Shown: positions 13,826 to 33,902 of the stretch, piece after piece
How the letters are laid out: every line of letters starts with the position of its first letter
Position numbering within the stretch: position 1 is the stretch's first letter
From: the human T2T-CHM13v2.0 reference genome, Homo sapiens
Strand: one strand, 5' to 3'
NCBI RefSeq assembly: GCF_009914755.1
Contig: NC_060942.1
Length of the DNA stretch: 64,000 bases
Made by a program: the position numbers and the translations under genes
Notes under the pieces: generated by a model
Told to the model about the DNA's origin: nothing
Databases searched by the model: none
Seen by the model: the letters and a program-made list of their open reading frames with translations, nothing else

Positions 13826-14121
13826 GAGCTCTTGCACAGACTGAGGCTTCAAAAACAGTCACTGTCACTATTATTGTGAAGGATCTGATAGTTGAGGAGT
13901 TCTGCCCTTGACGAGGCCCTCACTGTGGAACACCTCCATCTCCCAGAGCCTTCTGACCCATCCTCATCCCCTTGCTCCAGATCCTGGAAGGAGAGGGGTA
14001 AATGCAGAGGGTGATTCTGCCCCCATCCTAAGGATCCCCAGGATCTGGGGAGGTGGTATGACACTGACATTTGGGCCACAGTGAGTTCCTGTAGTTGCCT
14101 ACAGTGGGGATATTAGGGTAC

Positions 14122-14565
14122 ATGCTGTGGTTTGGATGTGGTTTGGTCCTGCCAAAACTCATGTTGAAATTTGATCCCCAGTGTGGCAGCATTGGGAGGT
14201 GGGGTCTAGTGGGAGGTGTTTGGGTCATAAGGGTAGATCCCTCCTGAATAGGTAAATGTCCTTTTGTGGGGGTGAGCTCGCACTCTTGCTTTCTCAGGAA
14301 TAGATTGATTTTCACTGGAGTGGGTTGTTAAGAGCCTGCCTCCCTTGGTTTCTCCTGTTTCTTCTCTTGTCTTGTGGTCTCTTTGCACACTTACTCGCCT
14401 TTTGCATTCCACTAGAAGTTGAAGCCATATGAGGTCCTCACCAGATGGAGCTGACAAATCTTGAACCTTCCAGCCACCAGAATTGTGAGCCAAACAAGCC
14501 TCTTCTTTTTATAAATGACAAAGCCTCAAGAACGCTGTTATAGCAACACAAAACTGATTAAGACA
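14122..14565 (+). mobile_element. MST-type MaLR solo LTR
   Basis: Starts tgctgtggtttggatgtgg...aaaactcatgttgaaatttgatcccc; ends atagcaacacaaaactgattaagaca. Confidence 0.85.
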
Positions 14566-14689
14566 ATAGGTTAGCACAGAAAATAAATAGCAAAGAAGAA
14601 TTTTCTGGGTGAAGGCCTGCTCCTCCCCACCTCCATTCCATGCAAGACACACCTGCAGGACATCCTCCCACCCTGCCCTTCTCTCTGTC

Positions 14690-17915
<3,226 letters not shown>

Positions 17916-18212
17916 ACCCCTGACCCTGACCCGTGACCCTGACCTTTACCCATAACCCCTAACCCCTGACACTGAACCCTAACCCCTGACCCTAACCCCT
18001 AACCCTTAACCCTTAACCCTAACCCCTAACCCTAACCTCAACCCTCACCCTCACCCTAACCCAATCCTAACCCCTAATCCCTAACCCCTAACCTCTCAAC
18101 CCCTAACTTAAACGTTGACTCCTAACCCCTAACTCTGACCCCAACCCCTGTCTCCAACCCCTGACCCTAAACTTAACCCCTAACCCCTAACCCTAACACC
18201 AACCTTAACCCT
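17916..18212. repeat. Interstitial degenerate telomeric array (CCCTAA)n with CCCTGA/CCCTCA/CCCCTAA variants
   Basis: About 300 bp of ccctaa/ccctga/ccctca units read directly. Confidence 0.98.
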
Positions 18213-18830
18213 AGGTTCGTTACTACGTTTGTATTGACTATGTCAATGTTGATTGTTATGATCGCTGTCTTAGGACTGCACGGCAGCGAGGGGATTGCGG
18301 ATCTTATATTAATATTTTTGTATTGAGGCAATGCATTAGCATTACAGGTGCTTGTTACATGAGCAATGGGGGTGTCATATTTCGGGTGTCATGTCTGCAT
18401 TAGGAATGCTGCATTTGTCTTCTGAGGCTGTGGTGTGGATCTCGCACTGCGGCCGCCTCGCCTTGGCTGGGGAGAACCTCGTTAGGAAGGATTTAGAGGG
18501 GCTTTTGGTTTCCCGTTTTTCCACAGTGAACCCTTCTAACTGGTCTCTGACCCTGATTATTCAGGGCTGCAAACAGGAAGGATTTTATTCATCGTCGATG
18601 TGGCCCCGAGTTGTCCCAAAGCGAGGCAGTGTCCCCAAGGTCTGTGCTGAGGAGAACGTGGCTCTGCCTTCACAGAGTCCCCTGGGGCTGTGCTGAGCAG
18701 AACGCAGCTTCACCCTCGCGGTGCCCCCGGCCTCCCCAGGTCTGTGCAGAGGAGAACTCAGCTCCGCCCTGGCGATGCTCTCCGGGTCTGTGCTGAGGAG
18801 TACGCAGCGCACCGGCGCTGGCGCAGAGAA
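18213..18830. repeat. TAR1 telomere-associated repeat, truncated
   Basis: gcattagcattacaggtgcttgttacatgagcaatgggggtgtcata; repeated ggtctgtgctgaggagaacg units; ends in one gcaccggcgctggcgcagaga unit. Confidence 0.92.
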
Positions 18831-18834
18831 TGCC

Positions 18835-19905
18835 CAGCCGTCATTCTTGCACTCTGCATGCCCATAGGCTTAATACCACATGGAAGTTGCTGAGGCTTAT
18901 AGCTTGCACCCTCTGAAGCAGTAGCCTGAGCTGTATCGGGGGTCTTCTGAGTTGAGACTGCAGCTGAAGTGGCCAGGATGTGGGGAGCAGTGTCCTGAGG
19001 CTGTGCAGAGCAGTAAAGTCCTGGCCCTCAAAAGCATTCTTTCCTCTTAGGCCTCAAGGTCTGTGATGTGATGGACTGCCATGGAGATCTCTGGAATGCG
19101 TGCAAGGCCTTTTCCCCATTGTCTTGGCTATCAGCATCTGGGTTTTGTTTTAATTATGCAACTCTCTCTAGCAAGTGTTTTCTCCACAGCCTGCTCAAAT
19201 TTTTCTCCTGGAAAAAGCTTTTTCTTTCTTTGTCACATGGCCAGTCTGCAAATTTTCCAAATTTTTCTGGTCTGCTTCCTGTTTAAACATAAATTCCAAC
19301 TTTAAGTCATTTCTTTGCTCCTGGATCTGAGTATAGAAGCAACAAGGCCACACCTTGAATGCTTTCCTGCTTAAAAATTTCTTCCATCAGACACCCTAAA
19401 TCATCATTCTTAAGATTGAACTCCCACAAATTCCTAGGGCATGAACAGAATGCAGCCATTTAACCAGTCTCTAAGAAATTTCAAACTTTTCCTCATCTTT
19501 GTCTTCTGAGCCCTCCAAACTCTTCCAACCTCTGCCTGTTACTCACTTCCAAAGTCACTTCCACATTTTCATGTATCTTTATAGCAAAACACCACTCTTC
19601 AGTACCAATTTTCTGTGTTAGGCCATTCTTTTATTGCTGTAAAGAAATACCTGAGGCTGGGTAATTTATAAAGAAAAAAATGTTTAATTGGTTCACAATT
19701 CTACAGGCTGTACAAATGTGGTGCTGGTGCCACAAATGTGGTGGGAGGGAGGTGCCATACCCTAAAACAACCAGATCTCACAAGTACTCACTCACTATTG
19801 AAAGGACAGGACCGATTCATGAGAGATCTGCCCCCATGACCAAAGCACCTCCCACCAGACCCCACCTCCAACACTGAGGATTATATTTCAACATGAGATT
19901 TGGAC
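18835..19905 (-). mobile_element. MST/THE1 MaLR internal fragment plus MSTB-like LTR
   Basis: Internal ccacatggaagttgctgaggctt...ttgcaccctctgaagc; LTR from ~19614 tgtgttaggccattc...aagaaatacctgaggctggg to caacatgagatttgga. Confidence 0.88.
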
Positions 19906-21718
19906 AAGGTCACTAAGTGCCTTCTTGTCCCTGGGGAAATGCTGATCAAAATCAGTGCTGAGCAGTGGAGCTGACAAATCCCCCTCGCAGACATTCTCGC
20001 TGCACTGGGTACGTGTCTGCCCAGGAGTGGGGAACACAGGGGCTGGACACAGGTCCTCCTCCTTCTGACCCTGTGTATTCCTTTACTTAAAATGGGAGAA
20101 AGATACTTAGACCAGGACAGCTTCTCAGGTCCCTTCCACTCCAAACTCCCTGACCTATGACCCGGTTTCCTGCATGAGGCCTGGTGTGTAAAAGGCTCCC
20201 CTCTGCTGTACCCATGTGGCTCTTTGCTTGCATAGAGGAGGAACAAAGGAGTGATTCTGGTTTCATAAAAGAACTTATACACTTGGCCTCCCTTAATTCG
20301 TGCATGTCACTGGCAGCTGTTTATTGAGCACTGATGGGATGCCAGGCCCTGTTCCAGGCAGGATTCTCTTAGGTCCCCATGTGCCAAAATCTATATTTTA
20401 CAGGGCTTAACTACAGATTTCTACACCCTCCCAGTGATGTGAAACCATTTCACCACTAATCTGAAAGGGGAGCTCCCTCTGTAGTCTGTGTTTGCCCACC
20501 TAGGACTTCAGGGGACCCAGGGCTGCTTCCCCCCATGCTGCTCTGCTCCAGGAGGCCCAGCCTCCCTCTAGGTGATTGGGAGAGAAAAGATTCCCTTGTG
20601 GTGACTGAGGTGAGGGGGCTCAGAGCCCTGCAGCCTGGTGCTGAACCCCGGTGTTAGTTCAGAAATCAAAGCCTGTGCTTTGAGTTCTTTGAGATTAAGC
20701 TCACAAAGGGTCACACAGCAAGGTGGGAGACTGGGGTTTGAGCCCCAGTCCTGCCTCTTTGCTGCTCACAGGCTAGTGGGAAGAGACCATTACTGTTCCC
20801 CACAGGAGCCCAGTAGCAAAGTGCCAGGACCCTGGACCTGTGTGGGGCCCTGGGATGCCCCCCGTCTCAGCAGGGAAAGCGGGCCTCAGTGGTGTGTGGT
20901 TTGCTCCCTACAGCAGCACCCCTGTCGAATCCTGGGGTGCACTGTGCTTTCCTTGAGGGGAGAAGTGTTGAGGATTGCCTGGCTGCCTGGAGAAGAGGGT
21001 GAGAGGGGCAGCAAGAAAGGCAGGGTCTCCAATGGACCTTATTCCTCAGGCACTGGGAGCCCTTGTAGGTTCTTGAGAAGAGGAAGAGCCATGTGAGGCA
21101 AGTGGACTTACCTGTGGGGTGTCTGGGTGATTTCTGCTCATAGTCGACTCTGAAGAAATGGCCAGAGATGAAGAGATAAGGTGTTTGGACAGCTGCCTGA
21201 ACCTTGATGTAAGGAGTAGGATTCAAATGTGACTCTGAAAAGGCAAGTGCCTGCAGGGCAGAGGGGAGGTGGGCAGGCCTGGCCAGCAACAGCCTTCGGA
21301 GCTGGGCCACCTGTACCCTCAGTCCAGCAGTCCCCAGGGAGAGAAAAGCTGGGGTGGATGGCGCTTGCTGACTGCTTCCTTTGGCCCTAGCCCATGGGAC
21401 ACACGAAGTCTATGGGCTGAGTCCAGCACAGCCTTTCAGGAAGCACCCACTCTGCCAGTCCCCCCGAGGCAAATGCACTGACCCCTGACACCTGGGGCTG
21501 GTGCTGGCCACTCTGGACACAGTGCAGTGGGAGTGGGAGAAGGAGGCCCCCAGCAGCTCATTGGTTAGCAACTGACCTTGGGGTAAGAAGGAGTGCTCAC
21601 AGATGGGGATGGGCAGAGGCCATGTTTGCCACTGTCCTAAAGCCTAGGGCAGTCTGTGGAATGTGGGTGGGGTGAGCTGGCTGCATGGCTGTATCATAGG
21701 GCCTGTTGGAGAGAGTCC

Positions 21719-22232
21719 TAAGCTGTGGTGGGGTCCACCCAGTTGGAGCTTCCCGGCTGCTTTGTTTACCTAAGCAAGCCTGGGCAATAGTGGGCACCCC
21801 TCCCCCAGCCTCGCTGCCTCCTTGCAGTTTGATCTCAGACTGCTGTGCTAGCAATCAGCAAGACTCCGTGGGTGTAGGACCCTCTGAGCCAGGTGCAGGA
21901 TATAATCTCCTGGTGCGCCATTTTTTAAGCCCCTCAGAAAAGCACAGTATTCAGGTGGGAGTGACCTGATTTTCCAGGTGCCATCTGTCACCCCTTTCTT
22001 TGACTAGGAAAGGGAACTCCCTGACCCCTTGTGCTTCCCAAGTGAGGCAATGCCTCGCCTTGCTTCGGCTCGCACACAGTGCGCTGCACCCACTGTCCTG
22101 CACCCACTGTCTGGCACTCCCTAGTGAGATGAACTTGGTACCTCAGATGGAAATGCAGAAATCACCTGTCTTCTGCGTCGCTCACGCTGGGAGCTGTAGA
22201 CCAGAGCTGTTCCTATTTGGCCATCTTGGCTG
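21719..22232 (-). mobile_element. Isolated L1PA 5' UTR (~510 bp) including antisense promoter/ORF0 region
   Basis: gagctgttcctatttggccatcttgg is the antisense L1 5' end; ORF 21706..21969 contains PPPASLPPCSLISDCCASNQ.DSVGVGPSEPG (L1 ORF0). Confidence 0.95.
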
Positions 22233-23984
22233 TGATCCCTTCTAGGGTAATTATTAAAACATTAAGAAATACTCTTTAATCATATATGATAAAACTTGTA
22301 GAAAATCAATAACATACAAGTAAAGAAGATCAAGAAGCCAAAAAAAAAAATAATTCCAAGTATAGAAAGCATGGTGAAAAGTGATGGAAGAAAACTGCAG
22401 AAATTTAAAATGAAAAATTAAAATACAACTCTATAATTCATGATACATAATTCTTTGCTGAACCCTGAATCTGTCAGGACATATGTGTGATCTTGGATAA
22501 CGCATTCAACCTCCTCAACATTGAATTCTCTTGAGTGTAAACTGTTTTAGAGATGTTCCTCACCTGGTTGCATGAAGCACATCTGTGTGTGTTAAGGCAC
22601 TTCCCATAGCATCTGCGACACAGAACAGCGGCAGCTGTGCTCTTCGTGGTCCCTGCACACAGACCCACAGCAGTATGTTGTGTGTTTTTTTATATAAAAG
22701 GCTTTGAAAATGTCCCACAGCTTCCTCAGTAACTGACTGTCAAAAGGGGCAGCCTTCAAAAGTAGAATTCTGGCAAATGTCTTCAAAAGACACAAAATTC
22801 TGGCAATGGGCTCATTTCTCCTCCTGCCTTGCTCTTCTGGATGCATCCATTCTCTCCCACAGCATAGTCATTTTCTTCCACTCCACTGTAGAAATTTTCC
22901 TTCTAGTGGCAAGAGTGACGTGAGTGATATGCGGAAATATCTTTCCAAGCCTGCTTGGAGAAGCTTCCTCTGCCTGCTTCTCTTTGGCCACCTCCAGGGC
23001 TGCTCTGTCATGCCCAACAGCATGGACCTCACTGCAGTCACTTTGGAAGCTTCCCTTTAAAGGAAGCTTGTGCAGGAAACATCATGCATCGAGCAGCATG
23101 GGGACAGGGGCTGGCCAGCTGGGCAGGGCTCACACTCCTGACACCCAGACTCCAGGATACTCCTCTGTCCCCACCCAGGGCAGATCCCTGCCCTAAAAGT
23201 TTTCCCTCTCATGTCCAGCAAATGCTGCATGGAGCCCTGGAATTCTATGTGGAAAGCTAGGAAGAGGGAGAGCTGAAATGAGGATGTAATCACCCTTTCC
23301 AAAGAGGTCAGTCCAGTACTACCCTGTGCTCCTGGGCAAGCTCTCCAGGCTGAGGAAACAGGAGCAGGGGTTATGTCAGGTGAAGGTGGAAGTGAGGGAC
23401 CTCCCATGAGGTGTAGAATATTCCACTAGGGACACCTCATACCCTTCCAGGATTAGACCTTGAGGCCTGGAGATCCCCAGGCAATTAGTATTGAAGGTCG
23501 AAAGGCCAATGACAGGAATAGGAAGGCCCACCGTGTCATTCACAAAGCACTTCCAAACCCATCACCACAGGTGACCCTCACAACAACCCTGTGAGACCTG
23601 CAGGGCAGGGGCTCTCACAAAGGAGGAGTCGGAAATGTCAAGATTTTAACACCTTCTCCAAGTCAGGATCAGGAAATGCTGTCCCAGCACTGACCTATAT
23701 TCCCTATGCTTCCTCCCACAAAAAAGCTTAAGGTGACTGCCAACTTGTGGGCAGAGACCCTCACTTTCCAATCCCCACGAGGGGCTGTGCAGTGGGGAGG
23801 ACAAGGCCCCTTCCTCTGACTGTCTCCTCCAAGACCCTGTTTTCTGAGGAAGGTCACTCCTCAGAAACTGTTGGCCTCTGCAAATGGGGGCCTGGACCAT
23901 GTGGAAAGATGATGTGAAGGTCACACCTGGCAGGGACCAGTGCTGGAGGGCAAACCTCACCTTTAAAAACTCACACTTTTTATT

Positions 23985-24121
23985 TTAAATTTATTTTTAT
24001 TTTTAATTTCTATGAGTACATAGTAGCTGTATATATTTATGGGGTACATGAGATAGTTTGACACAGGCATGCAATGTGTGATAATCACATCAGGGTAAAT
24101 GAGGCATTCATCACCTCAAGC
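23985..24121 (-). mobile_element. L1MA 3'-end fragment
   Basis: tatatttatggggtacatgagat...caggcatgcaatgtgtgataatcacatcagggtaaatg. Confidence 0.8.
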
Positions 24122-24308
24122 AAGGGAAATGCTAGATGCTTATGAAACCATCAAATCACATGAGAACTCACTATCATGAGAACAGCATGGGGGAAACTGC
24201 TGCCATGATTCAGTTACCTCTCACTGGGTCCCTCCCAGGACACATGAGGATTATGGAAATTACAGTTCAAGATGAGATTTGGGTGGCAACACAGCCAAAC
24301 CATATCAC
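24122..24308 (-). mobile_element. THE1/MST LTR fragment
   Basis: aaaccatcaaatcacatgagaactcactatcatgagaacagcatggggg...cacagccaaaccatatca. Confidence 0.9.
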
Positions 24309-24518
24309 ATTATAAAATTAATAATGTGAAAATAGCAGTGGGCCTGAGTCCTGGCCCCTGCCATGTGATGCCCCCTTTTGGGGAGGGCCTGGCTTCTGTG
24401 CCATGCAGAAACTTCCCTGTGCTTCATGTGGGCTTGGGGTGATCCAGGTCCTCCTGGGGGAGCTGGGCACTGTGGGACATGAAGGTCCCTGGCCTGGAAT
24501 CTCCATTTGCCTCCTTAC

Positions 24519-25864
<1,346 letters not shown>

Positions 25865-26359
25865 TCACCATGGAAGCATGTCACTTGAGAGGGCTGAGGC
25901 CATCTGGGAGGACTCATGTCACTGGAGAGGACAGAGGTCACCTGGGATACCTCCCTCAGGCCCTAGGGGATTTGGGGTGCAGACTCTGCACCCCTCCCCT
26001 GACCCTGGGCATGAGGACTAAGCAAGTCCCCCACAACTCAGTTGAAAAGGGACCTGGAGGGACTTCTGCAGTGAGTGTCCAAACTCACATGGTCCAAAGA
26101 AGCACAGGCAAGGATCATTCATGTCCCCTATCCTGGGCCAGGCTGGGAAGGCCACGGTGCCAGGCCTGGGGCAGAACCTGTGAACTGCACCCACCACAAG
26201 GGCAGGCGGTGGGCCACTGATCACCACACAATGTGTCCTGTGATGGCCCAGAGGCTGCCTGCCAGGCAAAAGAGGGCAGGTGGGTCCAGACCCCATGTGG
26301 GCAGCCCATGGAGTGAGCTCAGTGGCTCTCCCTGCCTGGAATGGTCTGGTACCAGAAAA

Positions 26360-27160
26360 AAAAAAAAAGGTTTATAGAGTTAAAAAGGTACAGTAAGGTA
26401 AGGTTAATTTATTGCAAAAGAAAGAAAATATTTTTAATAAACTTATTGCAGCCTAAGTGTACAGTGTTTATAAAGTCTCCGGTAGGGTAGGTCATGTCCT
26501 AGGCCCTCATATTCACTCCCCACTCATCACTGACTCACCCAGGCAACTTCCAGTCCTGCAAGCTCCATTCATTGTGAGTGCCATATACAAGTGGACCATA
26601 TTTTACTTTTTTTTTTTTTTTTTTTTTGAGATGCCCAGGCTGGAGTGCAATCCCGGCTCACTGCAACCTCTACCTCCTGAGTTCAAGTGATTCTCCTGCC
26701 TCAGCCTCCCAAGCAGCTGGGATTACAGGGGTGCACCACCACTCCCAGCTAATTTTTGTATTTTTAGTACAGATGGGGTTTCGCCATGTTAGCCAGGCTG
26801 GTCTTGAACTCCTGACCTCAGGTGATCTGCCCGCCTCAGCCTCCCGAAATGCTGGGATTACTGGTGTGAGCCACCATGGCTGGCCTTATTTTACCTTTTA
26901 TATTATATTTTTACTGTGCCTTTTCCATGTTTAGATACACAAGTACTTACCATTATGTTCCGATTGCCTACAGTATTCAGTTCAGTCACACGCTGTGTAG
27001 GTGTGTAGCCTAGGAGCAATAGACTATACTTGTATAGCCTAGGTGTATAGTAGGCTATACTGTCTGGGATTGTGTAAGTACATTCTATGGTGTTTGCACA
27101 GAAATGCCTAGCCATGCATTTCTCCGAACATATCCCTGTCATTAAGTGATATATGACTGT
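26360..27160. mobile_element. Tigger3(Golem)-like DNA transposon end, interrupted by an Alu
   Basis: gcagcctaagtgtacagtgtttataaagtct...gtagcctaggagcaatag...gtcattaagtgatatatgactg|ta terminus. Confidence 0.8.
26607..26885 (-). mobile_element. AluS inside the Tigger3-like element
   Basis: Antisense Alu with T tail; tattttac on both sides. Confidence 0.95.
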
Positions 27161-27283
27161 ATAGTTTTGTATCTGTAATCGTACACATACAGTATAAAGC
27201 AGTTTGCCTTAAAATTACACTTACTTAACACATGGCTATACAATTTTATAAAGCATTGATTTTGTTTATAAACCCCACAAACG

Positions 27284-27565
27284 TCCAGGCGCGGTGGCTC
27301 ATGCCTGTAATCCCAGCACTTTGGGAGGCCGAGAAGGGCAGATCACAAGGTCAGGAGATCGAGACCATCCTGGCTAACATGGTGAAACCCTGCCTCTACT
27401 AAAAATACAAAAAATTAGCCGGGCATGGTGGCAGGTGCCTGTAGTCCCAGCTACTCAGGAGGCTGAGGCAGGAGAATGGTGTGAATCCGGGAGGCGGAGC
27501 TTACAGTCAGCTGAGATTGCGCCACTGCACTCCAGCCTGGGTGAAGGGTGAGACTCTGTCTCAAA

Positions 27566-27596
<31 letters not shown>

Positions 27597-27598
27597 AA
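27284..27598 (+). mobile_element. AluY with (AAAT)n tail and TSD
   Basis: gtcaggagatcgagaccatcctggctaac; ataaaccccaca at 27268 and 27599. Confidence 0.95.
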
Positions 27599-29554
27599 AT
27601 AAACCCCACAGACTTCCTCCTTCAGCTTCTTCTTCGACTGGTTTTGAGTATATTGCTTGAATATATTACTTTGGTTCCTCTGTTTTCTTTTCTGACTGGC
27701 TTAGCCCTTAGCATAAGCCAAAATCACTGAACAAGTTATATCCCTGTTTCTCTAGAGAACTTGATTGATAATTGAACTATGATTCAAGAGTTCTAAATAT
27801 TGATGGGAGGAGAAGGCGGAAAGTCGCAGTCATCTCTAAGAATCTGATGAAAATTCACAGCTAGTATGGCACTCTCAGGTGAGATTTTTGTCTCATTAAA
27901 TGGGAAATAGCTTTGGGGTACTGGCTTGAGTCAACAGGGTCATATGAATCAGCTATAAATTGTCACCTGGATTAGGTCAGAGGGGTCATAGGTATCCCTG
28001 GACCTTGAAATAAGGGCTCTGTCTTAGGGCAGTCACCCATCTCTTTGAACTTCAGTTTCTCAAAATGAGAATGACAATGATGAAATTTGCCCTCTGGAAG
28101 CAATGTCCTGAGGTGCTAGCCATCCATTTGGAAATCTGTGTTCGCTTGTGTGCACAATGAAAACAAGTGTAACCTGTCCATTCCACTGACTCTTCAGAGG
28201 TTGCTTTTACCACTAGGACTTGTAGTTCGGTTTACCGTTGGAGTGCTTTATTTAAACTCTAATCTAGTTATATAAACACACTTCAGCACAATTTATAGGC
28301 TTGCGATTCTTTCTAGCATGGCTGGCTCTTTTTTTTTCTTCTTGAAACAAACTCTTGAGTCTAGACTTTGTCAGGTTGATACATGAGTTTGGGGACTGTT
28401 TATAAGGAAACCATATACATATTCCAGAAACCTGCCTTGTTACTGATCTGCAATAAAGATGATAAGCCTTTGACTCATAAAAAGACACCCACGATATCCT
28501 TTGAAGTGCAAACCCTGATCTACTACTGAAAAGGGGCACAAAGAGATTCCTCAAAACTGGCCTTGTTGCTTTAAGAAGAGGTGACTATTAATGAGAGAGC
28601 AACTCTATGGGAGAGATCTTTCTCATGATACAAACTGTTAGCAATGCAAGAGGCTGGGGAATCTGTAAATAGTGACTTTCCTCCCGGGGGAAGTGCTTAA
28701 GCAAGACTGATTGACCATCCTCAAGAAACAGTATGAAAGGGATTCAATCAATCAATGGGAAAGAAGATGGATTTGTAGGTACCTTTCAATTCAAATATCC
28801 TGTCTTCGATTTCTCTAATAAGCCTAGGAAGACAGGATTGTGCTAATGACTCAGTCCTAAGGAATAGATCCGTGTAAACAGTGAATGTGGCCACCCTACC
28901 ATTGGTGATGTAGTGCAAGTGATGGGGGTATAGTGTGGTAGTCCACTGGGTGTTTTAGGCCAAGTATGTAGTCCAAAGAACACATTTCTAAACTTTTAAA
29001 ACACAGACAAATTATACTCAAGAAATCAATGTTCAGTGACTGTTTCTTGCCACTGCAGAAAAAAAACTAACATAGAAATGGACAAAGTTTACTTTGCCAA
29101 TCTGTCATAGACTACAGACTATTAGGAGGGGGATCTCAGTAAAGGTCAGGCCTAAAGCAATGAGGAGAGAAGGGGAGCTCTTGGTCCTTCAGAGAGGACC
29201 GATGTCACAGCGTGATGACAGTCCAACTAGTACCAATGCACATGAGAAGCAAATCAGTTCCTGAAGCTTGATGCTATATATTCATCACAAATAAATCTGA
29301 AATGCATTACCTGTTCTCTTCTGAATCTCATATGGATCAGTATCTAAAGAGCAATAAAGTTCAGGAGCTGTGTCTTCCAATACAAATGACTATATGACTA
29401 TAGATATAGATAAACATAGATGTAGATCTAAGGATATATGTACATACATTATTTTGGCCAATAATTTCTTCTCTTTCAACTACCAGAAAGTAAAAATATA
29501 GAGATGAAACAGTGGTGATTTTGTTACTTCTTTCTGGGTTTTATTGTTGTTATC

Positions 29555-29864
29555 ATTTTTCTTTTCTTTTGTTTTTTTGAGACAGGGCCTTACTTTATCA
29601 CCCAGGCCAGAGTGCAGTGGTGTGATCACAACTCACTGCAGACTTGACCTCCCAAGGCTCAAGAGATCCTCCCACCTCAGCCTCCTGAGTAGCTGGAACT
29701 ACAGGTGTATGCCACCATACCCAGCTGATTTGTGTATTGTTTTTGTAGAGACAAGGCCTTGCCATGTTGCCCAGGCTGGCCTTGAACTCCTGGACTCAAG
29801 CAATCCACCTGCCTTGGCCTCCCAAAATGCTGGGATTACAGGTGTCAACCACTACTCCTAGCCT
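29555..29864 (-). mobile_element. AluJ
   Basis: gctcaagagatcctcccacctcagcc, ttgcccaggctggccttgaactcctggactcaagcaatcc. Confidence 0.9.
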
Positions 29865-30067
29865 TCTTACTATCTCCTGTGTACTGATGACTCACATCCT
29901 ACTGTGGAATAGATAGACTGCTTTTGCCTTCCCAGCATTGAATCCTTTTTGTCTAGAAATAACACCTTAGTTTTCCTTTGGGGAACCATATCACTCTACG
30001 CTTGAGTGATTCTGGTGGGACAAACCCCATTGCTGGCTCCAGATATGAGCTAGTAACCTAGGTATGC

Positions 30068-33252
<3,185 letters not shown>

Positions 33253-33278
33253 TCACACTGCCTTGCGGGGCTTTTGCC

Positions 33279-33354
33279 CTGGGGGGAGACGCGGGTCAGG
33301 GCAGCCCCATCCGCAGCCCAGGCCCCGCTTCTCCCCCACGCTGGCCCGGCTTAC
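33279..33354 (-). other. 76-bp candidate 5' UTR intron upstream of the AJM1 ATG
   Basis: Minus strand CAG|gtaag donor, ctgac branch motif (33295-99), tctccccccag acceptor, 60 bp upstream of the ATG at 33219. Confidence 0.65.
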
Positions 33355-33710
33355 CTGGGGCGCAGCGGGCGTAGCAGCCCTGGCTGCGGGCCTGGGCCGA
33401 GAATGCAGGCGCTTCCTCCATGCCGGAGTCAGAAGCACCTGCGGGAGGAACCCAGCTGTCCAGGCGCCCGTCCTGCCCCTCCCCCGTCCTCTCCCTGCGA
33501 TGGGGCGGGCGGGCCAGAAAGGCTTAGCGGTGGCTGTGGTTCCCGCAGCGGGAGCTCCCGCGTGAAGCTCCAGGGCCTCCCCTCCCCCGACTAGTGACCG
33601 CAGGGCCGGCTCGGGTGGACCCCTTTCCGGGTGGGGTAGGGGAGTGGGGGCGTGGTCCTGGGGCTGCGCCCTCTGGTGTCCGCAGCTTGAAGGACGGGCC
33701 GCATTTGGGC

Positions 33711-33902
33711 CTTATTTATAGGTGTTGCCCCACGAGACGTCAGTGACTGCGCCCCCGTCACAGCGCCCACTGCAGAGCGACCCCTCCGATCGTGCACAGT
33801 CGAAGGCGAGTCCCTGGGCCTCAGCCTTAGCCGGCTCTGCACCAAGTGGGTGACACCAACCACCCCACCTGCTGGCCGGGCCGAGCACAGAGCCCCGCCC
33901 CC
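33711..33902 (-). promoter_or_regulatory. Candidate core promoter facing AJM1: TATA, CRE-like site, GC box
   Basis: Minus-strand TATAAAT at 33714-20, TGACGTCT at 33735-42, GGGGCGGGG at ~33893-33901. Confidence 0.55.

Noticed and set aside
17916-18212. Head-to-head telomere fusion (chromosome 2 type)
   Set aside because: Only the CCCTAA orientation is present; there is no opposing TTAGGG array.
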